This document shows, in pieces, positions 1 through 11,035 of a DNA stretch of 64,000 nt. The position numbers and the translations under genes were made by a program. Under the pieces are notes generated by a model that did no database searches, was not told where the DNA came from, and saw only the letters and a list, made by a program, of their open reading frames with translations. The stretch's first letter is position 1; every line of letters starts with the position of its first letter. This stretch comes from Octopus sinensis (Eukaryota): NCBI RefSeq assembly GCF_006345805.1, contig NC_043012.1, forward strand, positions 26,164,001 to 26,228,000, written 5' to 3'.

Positions 1-132
1 TTCACGTTGCTCCAGTCCATTCAGCTGGCAAAAACGAGTAACTTACATCCCGTCCAGCTGGAGAACACATACGCCATAGAAACCCGGGAAATCGGACCCA
101 TGAGCCTGGCTAGGCTTTAAAAAGCGCATTTA
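1..132 (+). mobile_element. SINE 3' part (shares body with the family C copy at 56090)
   Basis: TTCACGTTGCTCCAGTCCATTCAGCTG matches TTCATGTTGCTCCAGTTCACTCAGCTG at ~56192; ends in (TA)n. Confidence 0.55.
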
Positions 133-302
133 TTATATATATATATATCTATATATCTATATATATATTTTTATACATATATGTGAGTCTATATATATGT
201 ATATATATATATATTGTTTATAAATTTAACCTTTAAAGGTATTTTTTAATATGCTGGCCATTGATAAAAAATTTTTTCGAAAAAATTTTATCCTATACTA
301 GA

Positions 303-347
<45 letters not shown>

Positions 348-454
348 TGTGTGTGTGTGTGTGTGTGGTGTGTGTATATATATATGTATATGTATATGTA
401 TATATATATATGTATATATAAATATATATATGTATTTAATTATGTACATATATG

Positions 455-850
455 TATGTGTGTGTTTGTCCTTCTCTCCGTGTTTGTCCTCTACGACCGC
501 TTGGGAACGGGTGTAGGTTTGCTTACGCCACCGAAAATTAGCGGTTCGACAAATGAAACCAGTAGAATAAAATGCCAGAGGAGTGAGGGGTGGTAAATCG
601 CCGATGATTTTGCATTGAATTAATCCTCATCCATGACACTTACTCCGTTGCCTTGTGTTTAATTGAACTCGCCTTGTAAGTTGATAGAAAATGCCATAGG
701 AATTTAACCCTGGGCAATGGAGTAAGTGTCACGGATAAAGATTAATACAATCTGAAGTACCAGTGACATTCATTGGATAAAGAAATTTCTTCAAGACCTT
801 GCTGTAGAATGGCCGCAACGTAATGACTGAATCACGTATAAGACTATATA
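455..850 (+). mobile_element. Diverged SINE family A 3' half, split by a foldback element
   Basis: TTAGCGGTTCGACAAATGAAACCAGTAGAATAA (539-570) and ATGGCCGCAACGTAATGACTGAA (~809-831) match family A on either side of the 594-757 insert. Confidence 0.65.
594..757. mobile_element. Palindromic foldback/MITE-like element, copy 1
   Basis: Arms TGACACTTACTCCGTTGCC (634-652) and GGCAATGGAGTAAGTGTCA (713-731) are inverted repeats; a second copy lies at 993-1157. Confidence 0.7.
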
Positions 851-992
851 TCGCACTTTTCACCGTTGGTTTCTACAGTAACAAAGGGTGCAAATGAGCA
901 CCCCAATTGCTAGAAATAACAGTCAAATCCAATATTAGCCATGGGCAAAAAACTTATCGATTGATCGACAAGAAAGAGAACAATCGCCCTGT

Positions 993-1157
993 TAAATCGT
1001 CGATGACTTCGGATTATATTAAACCTTATCAGTGACACTTACTCCATTGCCCAAGGTTGAATTCCTACGGGACTTTCTACAACTGACAAGGTGAGTACAC
1101 TTAAACCCTAGGCAACAGAGTAAGTGTCATAGATAAGGATAAATTCAATGCGGGAGG
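993..1157. mobile_element. Palindromic foldback/MITE-like element, copy 2 (inverted relative to copy 1)
   Basis: Arms at 1033-1051 and 1111-1129; the reverse complement of 611-757 aligns along 1006-1151. Confidence 0.7.
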
Positions 1158-1387
1158 TACTCTCTTGCCAGTCAATAGATGTTTTACTCGTGGCTAAGAG
1201 TTGTTTTGACTCTTATTTCTATCAATGCTGATGCTCATTTGCACTCCCGGTCACTTTAGTGATTTTCTTTTTTTTTTTAAATTGTAAACAATTAACTTAA
1301 TAATAAGAACAAAAACAACAACAACAACAACACAGCAGCAGCAGCAGCAGCAGCAACAACAACAACAACACCAACACCAACAACAAC

Positions 1388-1422
<35 letters not shown>

Positions 1423-1423
1423 A

Positions 1424-1966
1424 TGCCCTGATGCAGTACCAGACAGTGGCTCTCATGGCTTCTGATCTTAACTGATTGGAAGTGTTATCATGTACATTGT
1501 TTTGTCTTGGTATAAAAGATGGGCTACAGCAAATATTCTGCTCAATACCACAGATTTGCTTGTCAATTGTTTGACCATAACCAGTTGAGCATGTCCCTTA
1601 GTGGTTGATGATATGTGCATCTCCGATCACGAGCAGAAGTAGTGGGGGATCATCATAGCTATGTGTTGAAAGGTTTGGATAATTCACCTTTGGAAACATA
1701 GGTGCTTCGTTCAACATCCTTAGACAATCCTTATTCAAGGACCTTTTGAGCTGGATGAGCTACTCAACCTGAAGAGAATTCTAACTGGGCCCCATCTGCA
1801 AGGTCATGTACTGTTTATCTTGATATGAGATCACCATGTCGCGCACATATGGTTGTGATGCATGTGCCTGGTGTACCCTTATCAGACGGGTAGTCATGAT
1901 GGGTATATTGGGTTTCGTACATTTTACCCCAGTGTCACTTTGATGACATGCACTGCTCTCTCACTC

Positions 1967-1968
<2 letters not shown>
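1424..1968 (+). mobile_element. Unclassified ~545-bp interspersed element embedded in (TAA)n, full-length copy
   Basis: Near-identical reverse-orientation copies at 26144-26617 and 31653-32100; (AAT)n on both flanks; strand assignment arbitrary. Confidence 0.8.
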
Positions 1969-2017
<49 letters not shown>

Positions 2018-2066
2018 TAATAATAATAATAATATAATAATAATAATAATGATGATGATGATGATG

Positions 2067-2100
<34 letters not shown>

Positions 2101-2127
2101 TTACATATATATAAATGAATATATATA

Positions 2128-2420
2128 TTCTTTTAATTGTTTCAGTCATTTGACTGCGACCATGCTGGGGCACCACCTTTAGTCGAACAAATGAAACCCA
2201 GAACTTGTTCTTTTTAAGCCTAGTACTTATTCTATCGGTCCTATTGCCGAACCGCTAAGTAGCGGGGCGATAAGCATATAAACATGCGATGGTGGGCGGG
2301 GCTAACACAGATACAGAAACATACACACACACACACATATACGATGGGCTTCTTTCAGTTTCCCGCTACCAAATCTACTCTACTGTAGTCTCGGGCTATG
2401 GTCGGCGAGACACTTACAAC
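2128..2420 (-). mobile_element. SINE family A, partial
   Basis: TTTCAGTCATTTGACTGCGACCATGCTGG and TACTTATTCTATCGG are the reverse complement of the family A 3' half. Confidence 0.85.
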
Positions 2421-2914
2421 TACTCCATGCAAGTCTCCCACGTTTTTAGGTGGATATTGAAGAGCTGTGCCCCTTGACCCAAAAGTTGATCCTTTATCTT
2501 AATGTTGACATTAGGATCTATCGTACTTAGCAGTTGCACCTAGGTGTACTGATTTTCTAACTTTCAATAAATGGATAGGTCTCTCTATCTAGTGTTAGAT
2601 ATTTCCACATAGAGATAATTTCATTATGTGCGTAATCAAATATAGAACTATTCGAGATGCAGCTTAATCTATACATGTAGATATTAAATGACAACACAGC
2701 TGATATTAGGCCACAGTTTTACAATCCAAAAGTGTCATTAGCTACCTATGCAATCATCGGTGGATGAAAACTTTACTTTCATTTATATATTGAAGTTTTA
2801 ATTAATTTATTAATGTATTAATATACATTAATCGCGATTTATAGTATTGTTCCTCGAAATTTCAAACATGTTGAAAACATTTAGAGAATATCTATCAAGA
2901 AGGATTATTGCTAA

Positions 2915-3399
2915 AATATCGACGAGGTACCATTATAGTCGAAGCCTGATCAGTGTGTCACGTCTTCAATGTATTAATGTATTAATTAATAAATTTATAC
3001 ATTAATTTATGCAAAGAATGTCTAAAATGTTTTGTAAAACAATCATTAATCATTTTGGCTTTGAGTAACATATTCTGGCTTTGAATAATTCTTTGAAATA
3101 TAAGTAACAGACAAAGCATTTAAGTGCTGTTCTTCGTAAGCAGAGTGCAAAGCCTGCAGCCGAAAGAAAGAGTTCTATACACACGAGAAACCTAGTTGAA
3201 GTGAATTTAATCCAAATTAAATAGACTCAACGATCGGTGTGAATAACAACTCCTGACGATCGTTATGTACATGAACGGGTTTTCTGTTTCTTCACATGAG
3301 TCAAGCCACAAAAACCTTTATGACAACTGTCACCTATAATCGACGTTGAGACGTGTCACACTGATCAGGCTTCGACTATAATGGTACCTCGTCGATATT
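2915..3399. mobile_element. MITE with ~50-bp near-perfect terminal inverted repeats
   Basis: AATATCGACGAGGTACCATTATAGTCGAAGCCTGATCAGTGTGTCACGTCT (2915-2965) versus its reverse complement at 3349-3399, one mismatch. Confidence 0.85.
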
Positions 3400-3466
3400 A
3401 ATTATTTTCAAATGTTTACTACACGGAATGTATAAAATACGCTTTCTTCTCCTCATCGACATCTTA

Positions 3467-3686
3467 CGAGAGGATGTTGAAGAGCCATGGCTTTAAGGGT
3501 GTACAGAAAGGCCTGTTTGAAGGCTCAACACTTCCATTTCTTTCACGGGGTTTAGAGAAACTGAAGGACTTCTACAATAAGTGTGTGAATCTGAGAGAAC
3601 AAGTATGTTGTATGAAATCACAATTAACTGATGCTCCTGTATATTCTTTTAGCCAAAGACAAGAACTTTTCAGCATCCGCTGGTGT
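3467..3686 (+). mobile_element. Mariner-derived MITE (~220 bp)
   Basis: TA|CGAGAGGATGTTGAAGAG..GGCTTT left end and AAAGACAAGAACTTTTCAGCATCC right end; retains a mariner C-terminal KCVNLR remnant; sister copy at 38598-38808. Confidence 0.6.
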
Positions 3687-3710
3687 ATATGTATTTATAT
3701 GCATACATAC

Positions 3711-3775
<65 letters not shown>

Positions 3776-3974
3776 CATGTATGTATGTATGTATGTATGT
3801 ATGTATGTATGTATGTATATATGTATGTATGTATATGTGTATGTATGTCGTCCGTGAACATAAATCCGAGAAAAGAAGCACTCTCTAAGTTATAGAGCAG
3901 TGTATATTGAAGTTAGATAAGGCCTGTTTATGGGATTACCTTTTGTCAACAAAAGGGATTGTATCCTTTTGGCA

Positions 3975-4240
3975 CGGTCCGAATTCTCCATTCTGGAGTT
4001 TAGGAGGTTTCCTGGGTCGAGGGAGTCATTTAAGATCATCGCCTGTTCCGCTATGCATGATTTCCAACGATTGGTCTAATTAACATAGAGCCTAGATTGT
4101 CTAGGTTTGTGTATGGAATACTTTCGACCACCAGCTGTCATACATGGTTAGCTAATGAAGCGAAGGAGGATCTGTGGTTGGAGGGGCATCGTTTGAACAA
4201 GTTCCTGTAAGAGCCGATGTGTCTCCGTGGCTGAGTGTTG
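3975..4240 (-). pseudogene. Penelope-like element GIY-YIG endonuclease C-terminal relic
   Basis: Degenerate translation FKRCPSNHRSSF..SLANHV*QL..IPY..CIAEQAMIL..LLNSRME fits the FKxRxxNHxxSF..LSxHVW.L..CxLCxxEK..LLNxRxE pattern. Confidence 0.7.
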
Positions 4241-4499
4241 GTGGTAGTGTGACTGTTGGTGTTGGCGTCACTGCCACAGCTCAGCACTAACAGCGTCAGT
4301 TCCAGCAACAGCTATGGCAGCGACACCAACACCAACAGACGCACGTCATATACATATATGTGTATATATATATATATACATAGTTCGCATTCGTATTTGA
4401 TTTGCAAGATTTATTATGTGAATTCGTGTGTTGAAGGAAATACTATCGAAACTTGCGTTTATTACTATTATATATATAATGCCTCTCCCAGGTTCTATA

Positions 4500-4537
<38 letters not shown>

Positions 4538-4600
4538 ATATATATATATATATATACATATATATACATATATATATATACATATAATACATATATATAC

Positions 4601-4633
<33 letters not shown>

Positions 4634-5454
4634 CATATTTAGGTGTATATATGTATATACACACACATACACACACACACACACATATATATATATATTG
4701 TGTATATATATATATATATATATACTTCATATAGCTATATATATAATTCATATTCATGCATATGTGTGTGAGAGAGTGAGAGAATTTGTGTGTGCATGCG
4801 TGTGTGTATTATATTATATAATTTATATATCCGACCAAAATTGTCTGTCTCTCTATACACGCACACACGCAGCCACACAGACATATGGAATTACATATGT
4901 TGATATACACCCACACGCACAAATGTAATAGTATGCGAATGGGAAACATTTCAAGTCGTATCTCTGAGATATATGATCATAAGGACGTGAGAACCATTTG
5001 CTGTCAACATTTTCATGCAAAACAGATGGAATTAAAAAGGCACTAATTATTTCATTGCCGGATATTTTGCAGATTAATATGCTTGCGCTAATCTCAAGGA
5101 TTAAATAGGAATAGAGATCTGAGGCGTTTGCTATTGATATTTGCTATTTGCTTAGCTTATATGCATTGGTAGTCAAACTAAATATTATTCTTTATGTAAG
5201 TTTAGGGTTTCTGATTAGGGATATTCATGCAATGTTTGTACGTACAATAATATTTTTCGAGGATAATACACTGATATATTGCAAATTAGCCCTTTAAAAT
5301 ATGTTCCATTTCTTACTTAGAAATTGTACAAAAGGTGTTCCATTTCTCACTTAGAAATTGTACAAAAGAGGTGTTGGTGGGTCTATTTGGCCGGAGTGCT
5401 CAATAACAAACCTTGCTACCAGAGGTAGAAGACATGGAAATTTTGTGGAGTGTT

Positions 5455-5585
5455 CTCATCGATTACATTGGCATCTGCGCTCGGTTGGGGCTTGCTGGCT
5501 GAAAGGCAAAGTCGATCCCCGCTGTATTATGAACACAGGACGTAAAGACGGACGAAATGCCCCGAAATATTTTTTTCGGAGTTTC
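5455..5585 (-). mobile_element. SINE family B fragment
   Basis: TGAAAGGCAAAGTCGA..GACGGACGAAATGCC is the reverse complement of the family B body. Confidence 0.6.
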
Positions 5586-5743
5586 ACAGCTGAAACACTC
5601 CGGTCACAACGTATACTAGTCCCTTAATATTTGATATTCAATATTTCATGTATTCAATAAGACAATCAATACTTCATTTCATTTTACTATATATACTATT
5701 TATACTATATATTCTATATTCTACATTAATATAATATTATAGT

Positions 5744-6330
5744 CACCACCTGGAAACGCTCGAGAAATTTCACCAACGCTGTCTTCGGAAGATCCTTAAC
5801 ATCAGTTGGGAAGACAGAAGAACAAACGTCAGCGTGCTACAAGAAGCAAAAATGACCAGCATCGAAGCCTATGTCATCAAAGGCCAACTAAGATGGAACG
5901 GCCACGTGGTTAGAATGACTCACGAACGACTTCCCAAACAGATCTTTTACTCCCAACTCAAAGACGGCAAGCGTACAAAAGGAGGCCAGAAGAAACGCTA
6001 CAAGGACTCCCTGAAAACGAACCTCAAAAAGTGTGACATCGACTTCACTAACTGGGAGCAAACGGCAAAAAACAGACCACTCTGGAAAACCACCATCCAT
6101 GAGGGAACGGCGACTTTCGAGTCAAAAAGGTCTGCAGAGCGAGAGGAGAAAAGACGACGACAGAAGGTGCGCCAACAACAACCACGTGCGACTCTCCCTT
6201 CCGGCACTAGATGTCCGCACTGCGACCGATCTTTTCAAGCAAGAATTGGTCTTATCGGTCACCTACGGACTCACCAGTAAATTTGCGCGAAAACCATCAT
6301 CCTAGGCCTTGAGGGATTGCCACCATCATC
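5744..6330 (+). mobile_element. 5'-truncated RTE-clade LINE (C-terminal ~178 aa of ORF plus 3' UTR) with target-site duplication
   Basis: Open frame 5744-6280: LEKFHQRCLRKILNISWEDRRTNVSVL..QLRWNGHVVRM..RLPKQIFY..GKRTKGGQKKRYKDSLK and a CPHC..HLRTH zinc finger; AATATTATA at both 5733-5741 and 6331-6339. Confidence 0.92.
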
Positions 6331-6437
6331 AATATTATACAGAATATAAATAAAACATAAAAAAACAAACAGAGCTGGACTTCCTTTAAATAATATATGT
6401 ATATATATATGTGACCATATATATACATGGATATGTA

Positions 6438-6469
<32 letters not shown>

Positions 6470-7416
6470 CCCCCCCACATATATATATATATATATATAT
6501 ATGCACATATACATATATAAAGAAATGCATGTATACGTGTATGTATGTGTGTGTGTTTCTATGTATGTACGTGAGTGAGTTGGATTTGCATTTGGTCTCG
6601 CAAACATGACGAATAAAACGAGATTTAGTTTCGTATTTCATTGTCAAAGTTAATGACTTACAGTTTTCCGTAGGAAACATTGAAAAACAGCAAGCTGTAT
6701 TCTATACAATATTCATGAAAACTCAAACAAATATTTTGGGTTTTTGTATTTCTTGTGAAAATTTACATGAGAAGATAATCCTGAGTACGATGAAAAGCGA
6801 AATATTTCCAATTTTGTTGTGCGAACATTTAAATTCATATATCAATATATTTCCGATAAATCAAAGATTAGATTTAGATTGGGAACATCAATCAATGCGC
6901 TTTTCCTTTGTTGTGTTTCCGCCCTCACTTTACATGAATATGTAAGTACAAACTATATAATCGAATATTCTGAACGGAAACTTAGTTAATAGTTCCTTAC
7001 TATATTATGAGGTCAATGCAGATGCTAGTCAGTTGATCAGGGTTGCTTTTATATGAGGCACATAACGTATTATATAGTATTAACATGAAAGGAAATAAGG
7101 GAGATTTGGTTCATCTGGTGTATATTATGACAATACTAAATGTAAATGAGTCAACGAAGTATTTTTAACTACTATGAGGCATTCCATTAACAACGCCTGG
7201 TAACAATTTTCTACTTTTACACATCACTGATAAGGGCTTTCGTTCCGTATTTTTATGTTCTAAATACATACTTCCTATTAATTTATATTATAAAGGAATT
7301 CGTATTGCTTCTTTTGACCTGCAGAAAAATATTTCTCAGACTATCCTTATTGTCAAATATGATAATATGCCTCTCTCTCTATCTCTCTCTTCATATATAT
7401 ATATATATATATATAT

Positions 7417-7457
<41 letters not shown>

Positions 7458-7595
7458 GTGTACATTTAAACACAAAAAGAAGTTACTCTTAACAGGTCGC
7501 CTTACATGCTAGAAGGAACAGTCAGAAGTCCAAACCACAGTTAAGAGCAGTTTGAAAGGAAAGAAAAATAAAAAAAACATTTACCATGTTTTACA

Positions 7596-7664
7596 ACCGG
7601 AACTAGGTTTCGAACTTTAATTAGCAAATTAAATAATTTGCTAGGCGAAGTTCTCATCAGCGAT
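7596..7664 (-). ncRNA. Type I hammerhead ribozyme motif with extended stem II
   Basis: Minus strand: atcg CTGATGA gaactt-cgcc-tagcaaatt-attt-aatttgcta-atta-aagttc GAAA cctagTTC cggt; stem II has 6-bp and 9-bp helices; near-palindromic stem III. Confidence 0.65.
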
Positions 7665-8485
7665 GAGTAAATTGTCGCCATTTTATATTCTTAATTTCGG
7701 GTATGTAATTTGTTTGTTTTTTATTTTATCGACTACGCAGTATGGTAGGGTCAGTTGAGCATCGTCTGAGAGACACAGCACTATAACACAATTACTCTGC
7801 CAGAAATGTGGAAACGACTTGCTGTCCTGCTTCGCATTCGCGCCGGAAGTTCCAGTACGAATATTTCAGAGTATTTGGATGAAGATCTAAGGACATTGCA
7901 ATCTGAGGACATGTACTGAGAATGACAAAAATCAAACATCCAGTCGACATCATGGTGTTTGGAGTGATCACACGGCCTCAGAATCAACACAGATGCCTAC
8001 ATCAAATGAATAGAGGCGGTAGTGCTGCTCTGGAACAAAAGAGTGGCTACTGGGAGACAACAGGGTTCTGTACCATGCCACACAAACAGAAGAACCCAGT
8101 CATGGCTGTCAGACAATTTTTGCAACCACATCACCCTTAACATCTGGCCACCAAACCCATCACACTGAAACCCCCTTGATTATTATGTATGGGGCGCAGT
8201 TGAGCGAGAGACCAACAAAATTCCTTCTAACACCTAAGATGAACTGAAGGCAAGGATTATGGTAGTATTCACCAGCTTAACCAAGGAAATTTCCAGAAAA
8301 GTTGCAGGAGTTTCCGAATTCGTCTGGTGGTTGTGGTTGAAACCAATGGCGATTTTAGTGAATAAATTTACTCTTTAGTATTTCAAGATATGTTAATGTA
8401 ATTTGGGTAAATATATCATGAAATGAAATGTCAGTGTTATTTTAATTCTGCGTAATTTAAACGACAATTCATTTACCGCAACCTG
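7658..8485 (+). mobile_element. Tc1/mariner DD37D (maT) relic with internal deletions
   Basis: Colinear with 13894-15181 (KHPVDIMVFGVIT, WPPNP..PLDYYVWGAVERETNK); right end ATTTACCGCAACCTG|TA; left terminal repeat partial. Confidence 0.85.
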
Positions 8486-8659
8486 TATATATATATATAT
8501 ATGTGTGTGGTGGAGCGTGTGTGTGTATGTGTGTGTGTGTGTGTGTGTGTGAGTAATACAAAGTAAACAAAATACATACACAGGATAATCAATTCATTTA
8601 TTATCATAGTACCGAAATAGTGAGGTCATTCATATAGCCTACTCCGCGCTTCAGTTTAT

Positions 8660-9830
8660 TTGGTTGATTGCTCTTATCCCTATTTACGCATTTAAAGTGC
8701 ACTATGAAGCTAAAAAACTTTTCAAAAAACTCGGCAAATTAACTGATATTTTTTTCACATCCTAATGGATGGAGATTTTGAGCGCCGATTTTTGCATATT
8801 AAAAAACGTAGCACAAATAATTGCTGCACAACATACTAAAAGATTACATGTTTTCTGCAAAAATAGGAGTAAAGAATATGAAAATGAATTATTAAATGAC
8901 CGTAATGGCGAGAAATTCAATGATAATATGAGGTACACGGCAAACGAAGGAATGTAAGTAACTTTTAGGGACTCTCCGCTAGAATCTAAACATATAAACA
9001 TACAACCTGTAAAAAGAAATAAGCATAATATTAGCAACGAAAATGATAAAGGAAATACAAACGTTGATAAAACATATATAAATACAAATACTGATAACAA
9101 CAATAACAAACATAAAAGAGAAAACAATAAAAGCAGATAATAACGAAAACAGTAAAGAAACTGACATAAATAATCTTAGATTAATGGTAGAGATTCGTAA
9201 CATAGAAAATATTTATAATAAGCATAACTCTGAAGGCACAGAATACAAACATATCTCTATTGGTAAAGAAACGGAATGCTTCTAAAAATATAACATGCGA
9301 TTGTGCCAAAGGAAAAAGTTGTCTATTGAATTATTTTTGTAACGGAAAAGCTGTAATACATGAGTGTAAGATAGTACCTGAAGGACGGAACTAATACTAT
9401 ATAGGTTCTATGGGAAATTATATAAAAAGAAAGATAGCTAATCACGAAAACCCATATAGGGGTAGGAAAAAGGAGGCTGGCACCAGTCTAAGTGAACTAA
9501 TTTGGGCGATTAAAAATAAAAATAAGGACTATACACTTACATGATAAATAGTTAGAAGAGCAAAATCTTATAGTATTGTGAACAAAAGATATGACTTTTG
9601 CATCTAAGAAATTTACCAGATTCTTACATGAAAACATAAAATAATCAGCAACAAGGGGGGAAGAAGGACCATGTTGTGTTCATAAAGTTAAATATATTTT
9701 CAATAAATTTAAATAGATATGATTAAATAAGCACTGGGTAATTAATACATAATAATAACTAAGAACAGTTCATAAAGTTAAATATACATACAATAATAAA
9801 TTTTAATTGATTTGGTTAAAATAACCACTA
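8660..9830 (+). pseudogene. Penelope-like element 3' half (RT thumb, Asn/Lys-rich linker, GIY-YIG endonuclease), Naiad/Chlamys-like
   Basis: KNVAQIIAAQHTKRL; from 9293 TCDCAKGKSCLLNYFCNGKAVIHECKI..YYIGS..IANHEN..TSLSELIWAIK..YDFCI*EIYQI; terminal ~55 bp duplicated at ~9679 and ~9768. Confidence 0.8.
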
Positions 9831-10200
9831 TATATATAAAGCTGAGAATGTGTGTCTGTCTCTCTGTCTGTCTGTCTGTTTCCCTAAAACTTGAGAACTG
9901 CACAACCAATTTCATTCAAATTTTACACATGCCTTACTTAAGTTCCGGGGAGTGTCATCGGCAAAAAAATCTTAACTTTTTCCCTAGGGAGACCCCACAG
10001 CATTATCATATCTTCTCCACTATTTCAGTATTACGTGTTAAAAGTGAAACAAAAACATCTCTCTTTCGTAATGCAGACACTTTCACTATTGAAGTGAAAG
10101 TATTATATAACAGGGATGAACCATTAACAATGGTCATCCATTTTGCTAGAAGAAGATCCGCTATGGTCTTATATGCTACACCACTGGTTTTCAATTCATA
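9827..10200 (+). mobile_element. Non-autonomous Helitron-type 5' end
   Basis: CTATATATATAAAGCTGAG..(GTCT)n..AACCAATTTCATTCAAATTTT resembles the 5' end of the complete Helitron at 45974; no 3' CTAG end found, so the right boundary is approximate. Confidence 0.5.
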
Positions 10201-10831
10201 TTAATCAAATTAATATTCAATTTTTCACCCTTATTATGTGTGTGTATTAGCAATTCGTATAAAATTGCATCAATGACTTGAACTTGAATAAGTGGTTTCA
10301 CATAAATGGGGATAAATTAAAAAGGTTTGTTGTTATTATTATTACTGTTTGACTATTGTAATCACGTTTGTTGGTTCCTCGTCAGGGAAACGTTGTTGTG
10401 TTGCATTTGCAAAATAATTGTAAACCGTAACCCTCCCCCTTTCAGAGAAGGGTCTTTGATTATTGTTTAAAAAATTGAATTGTGTCTCTGTTTGGGGAAA
10501 TTGACAATATTTTCACCGTCTTTACGGAAGCATTTTTGTTAAAATGCCTTCGATAGAAGAAAGTCCAAAAATGAATTTCGCTGCAGCCGTACACTTCTAT
10601 ATAAGAGGGAAGACAAGATCCAATTGATCGAAATTGCAAGAGACGGGCCTACAATTTCAGTCTGTTATACATTTTGAGTATTGTTATCACTAGCGATATC
10701 AAGATATAACTTTGTATTTTGTATTTTATGTGTAGATGTATATATATAGATGTACATGTAATATGTACACATATATACATGCATAATATATATACTCAAA
10801 CACACGTACGCACACACACACACATATATAG

Positions 10832-10948
10832 GGGCAGGTGTGGCTGTGTGGTAACAAACTACGTTCCAAACACATAGTCCTGGGTTCAGTCCCACATGTG
10901 TCTTCTGCTGTAGCCTCAGACCAACAAAAGCCTTCACAGTGGATTTTG
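10832..10948 (+). mobile_element. SINE family A head fragment
   Basis: A box TGGCTGTGTGG and B box GGTTCAGTCCC. Confidence 0.75.
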
Positions 10949-11035
10949 TACATATATACAGGCATACATACATATATATATACATGCATACGTACATATT
11001 CGGCATAAACACTCCAACACTACAACTAATAACTG

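Noticed and set aside
3248-3290. CTGACGA followed by a hairpin inside the MITE
   Set aside because: No GAAA box follows, so it is not a hammerhead
5302-5372. 34-bp tandem duplication (also ~63 bp at 61215-61315)
   Set aside because: Ordinary local slippage duplications
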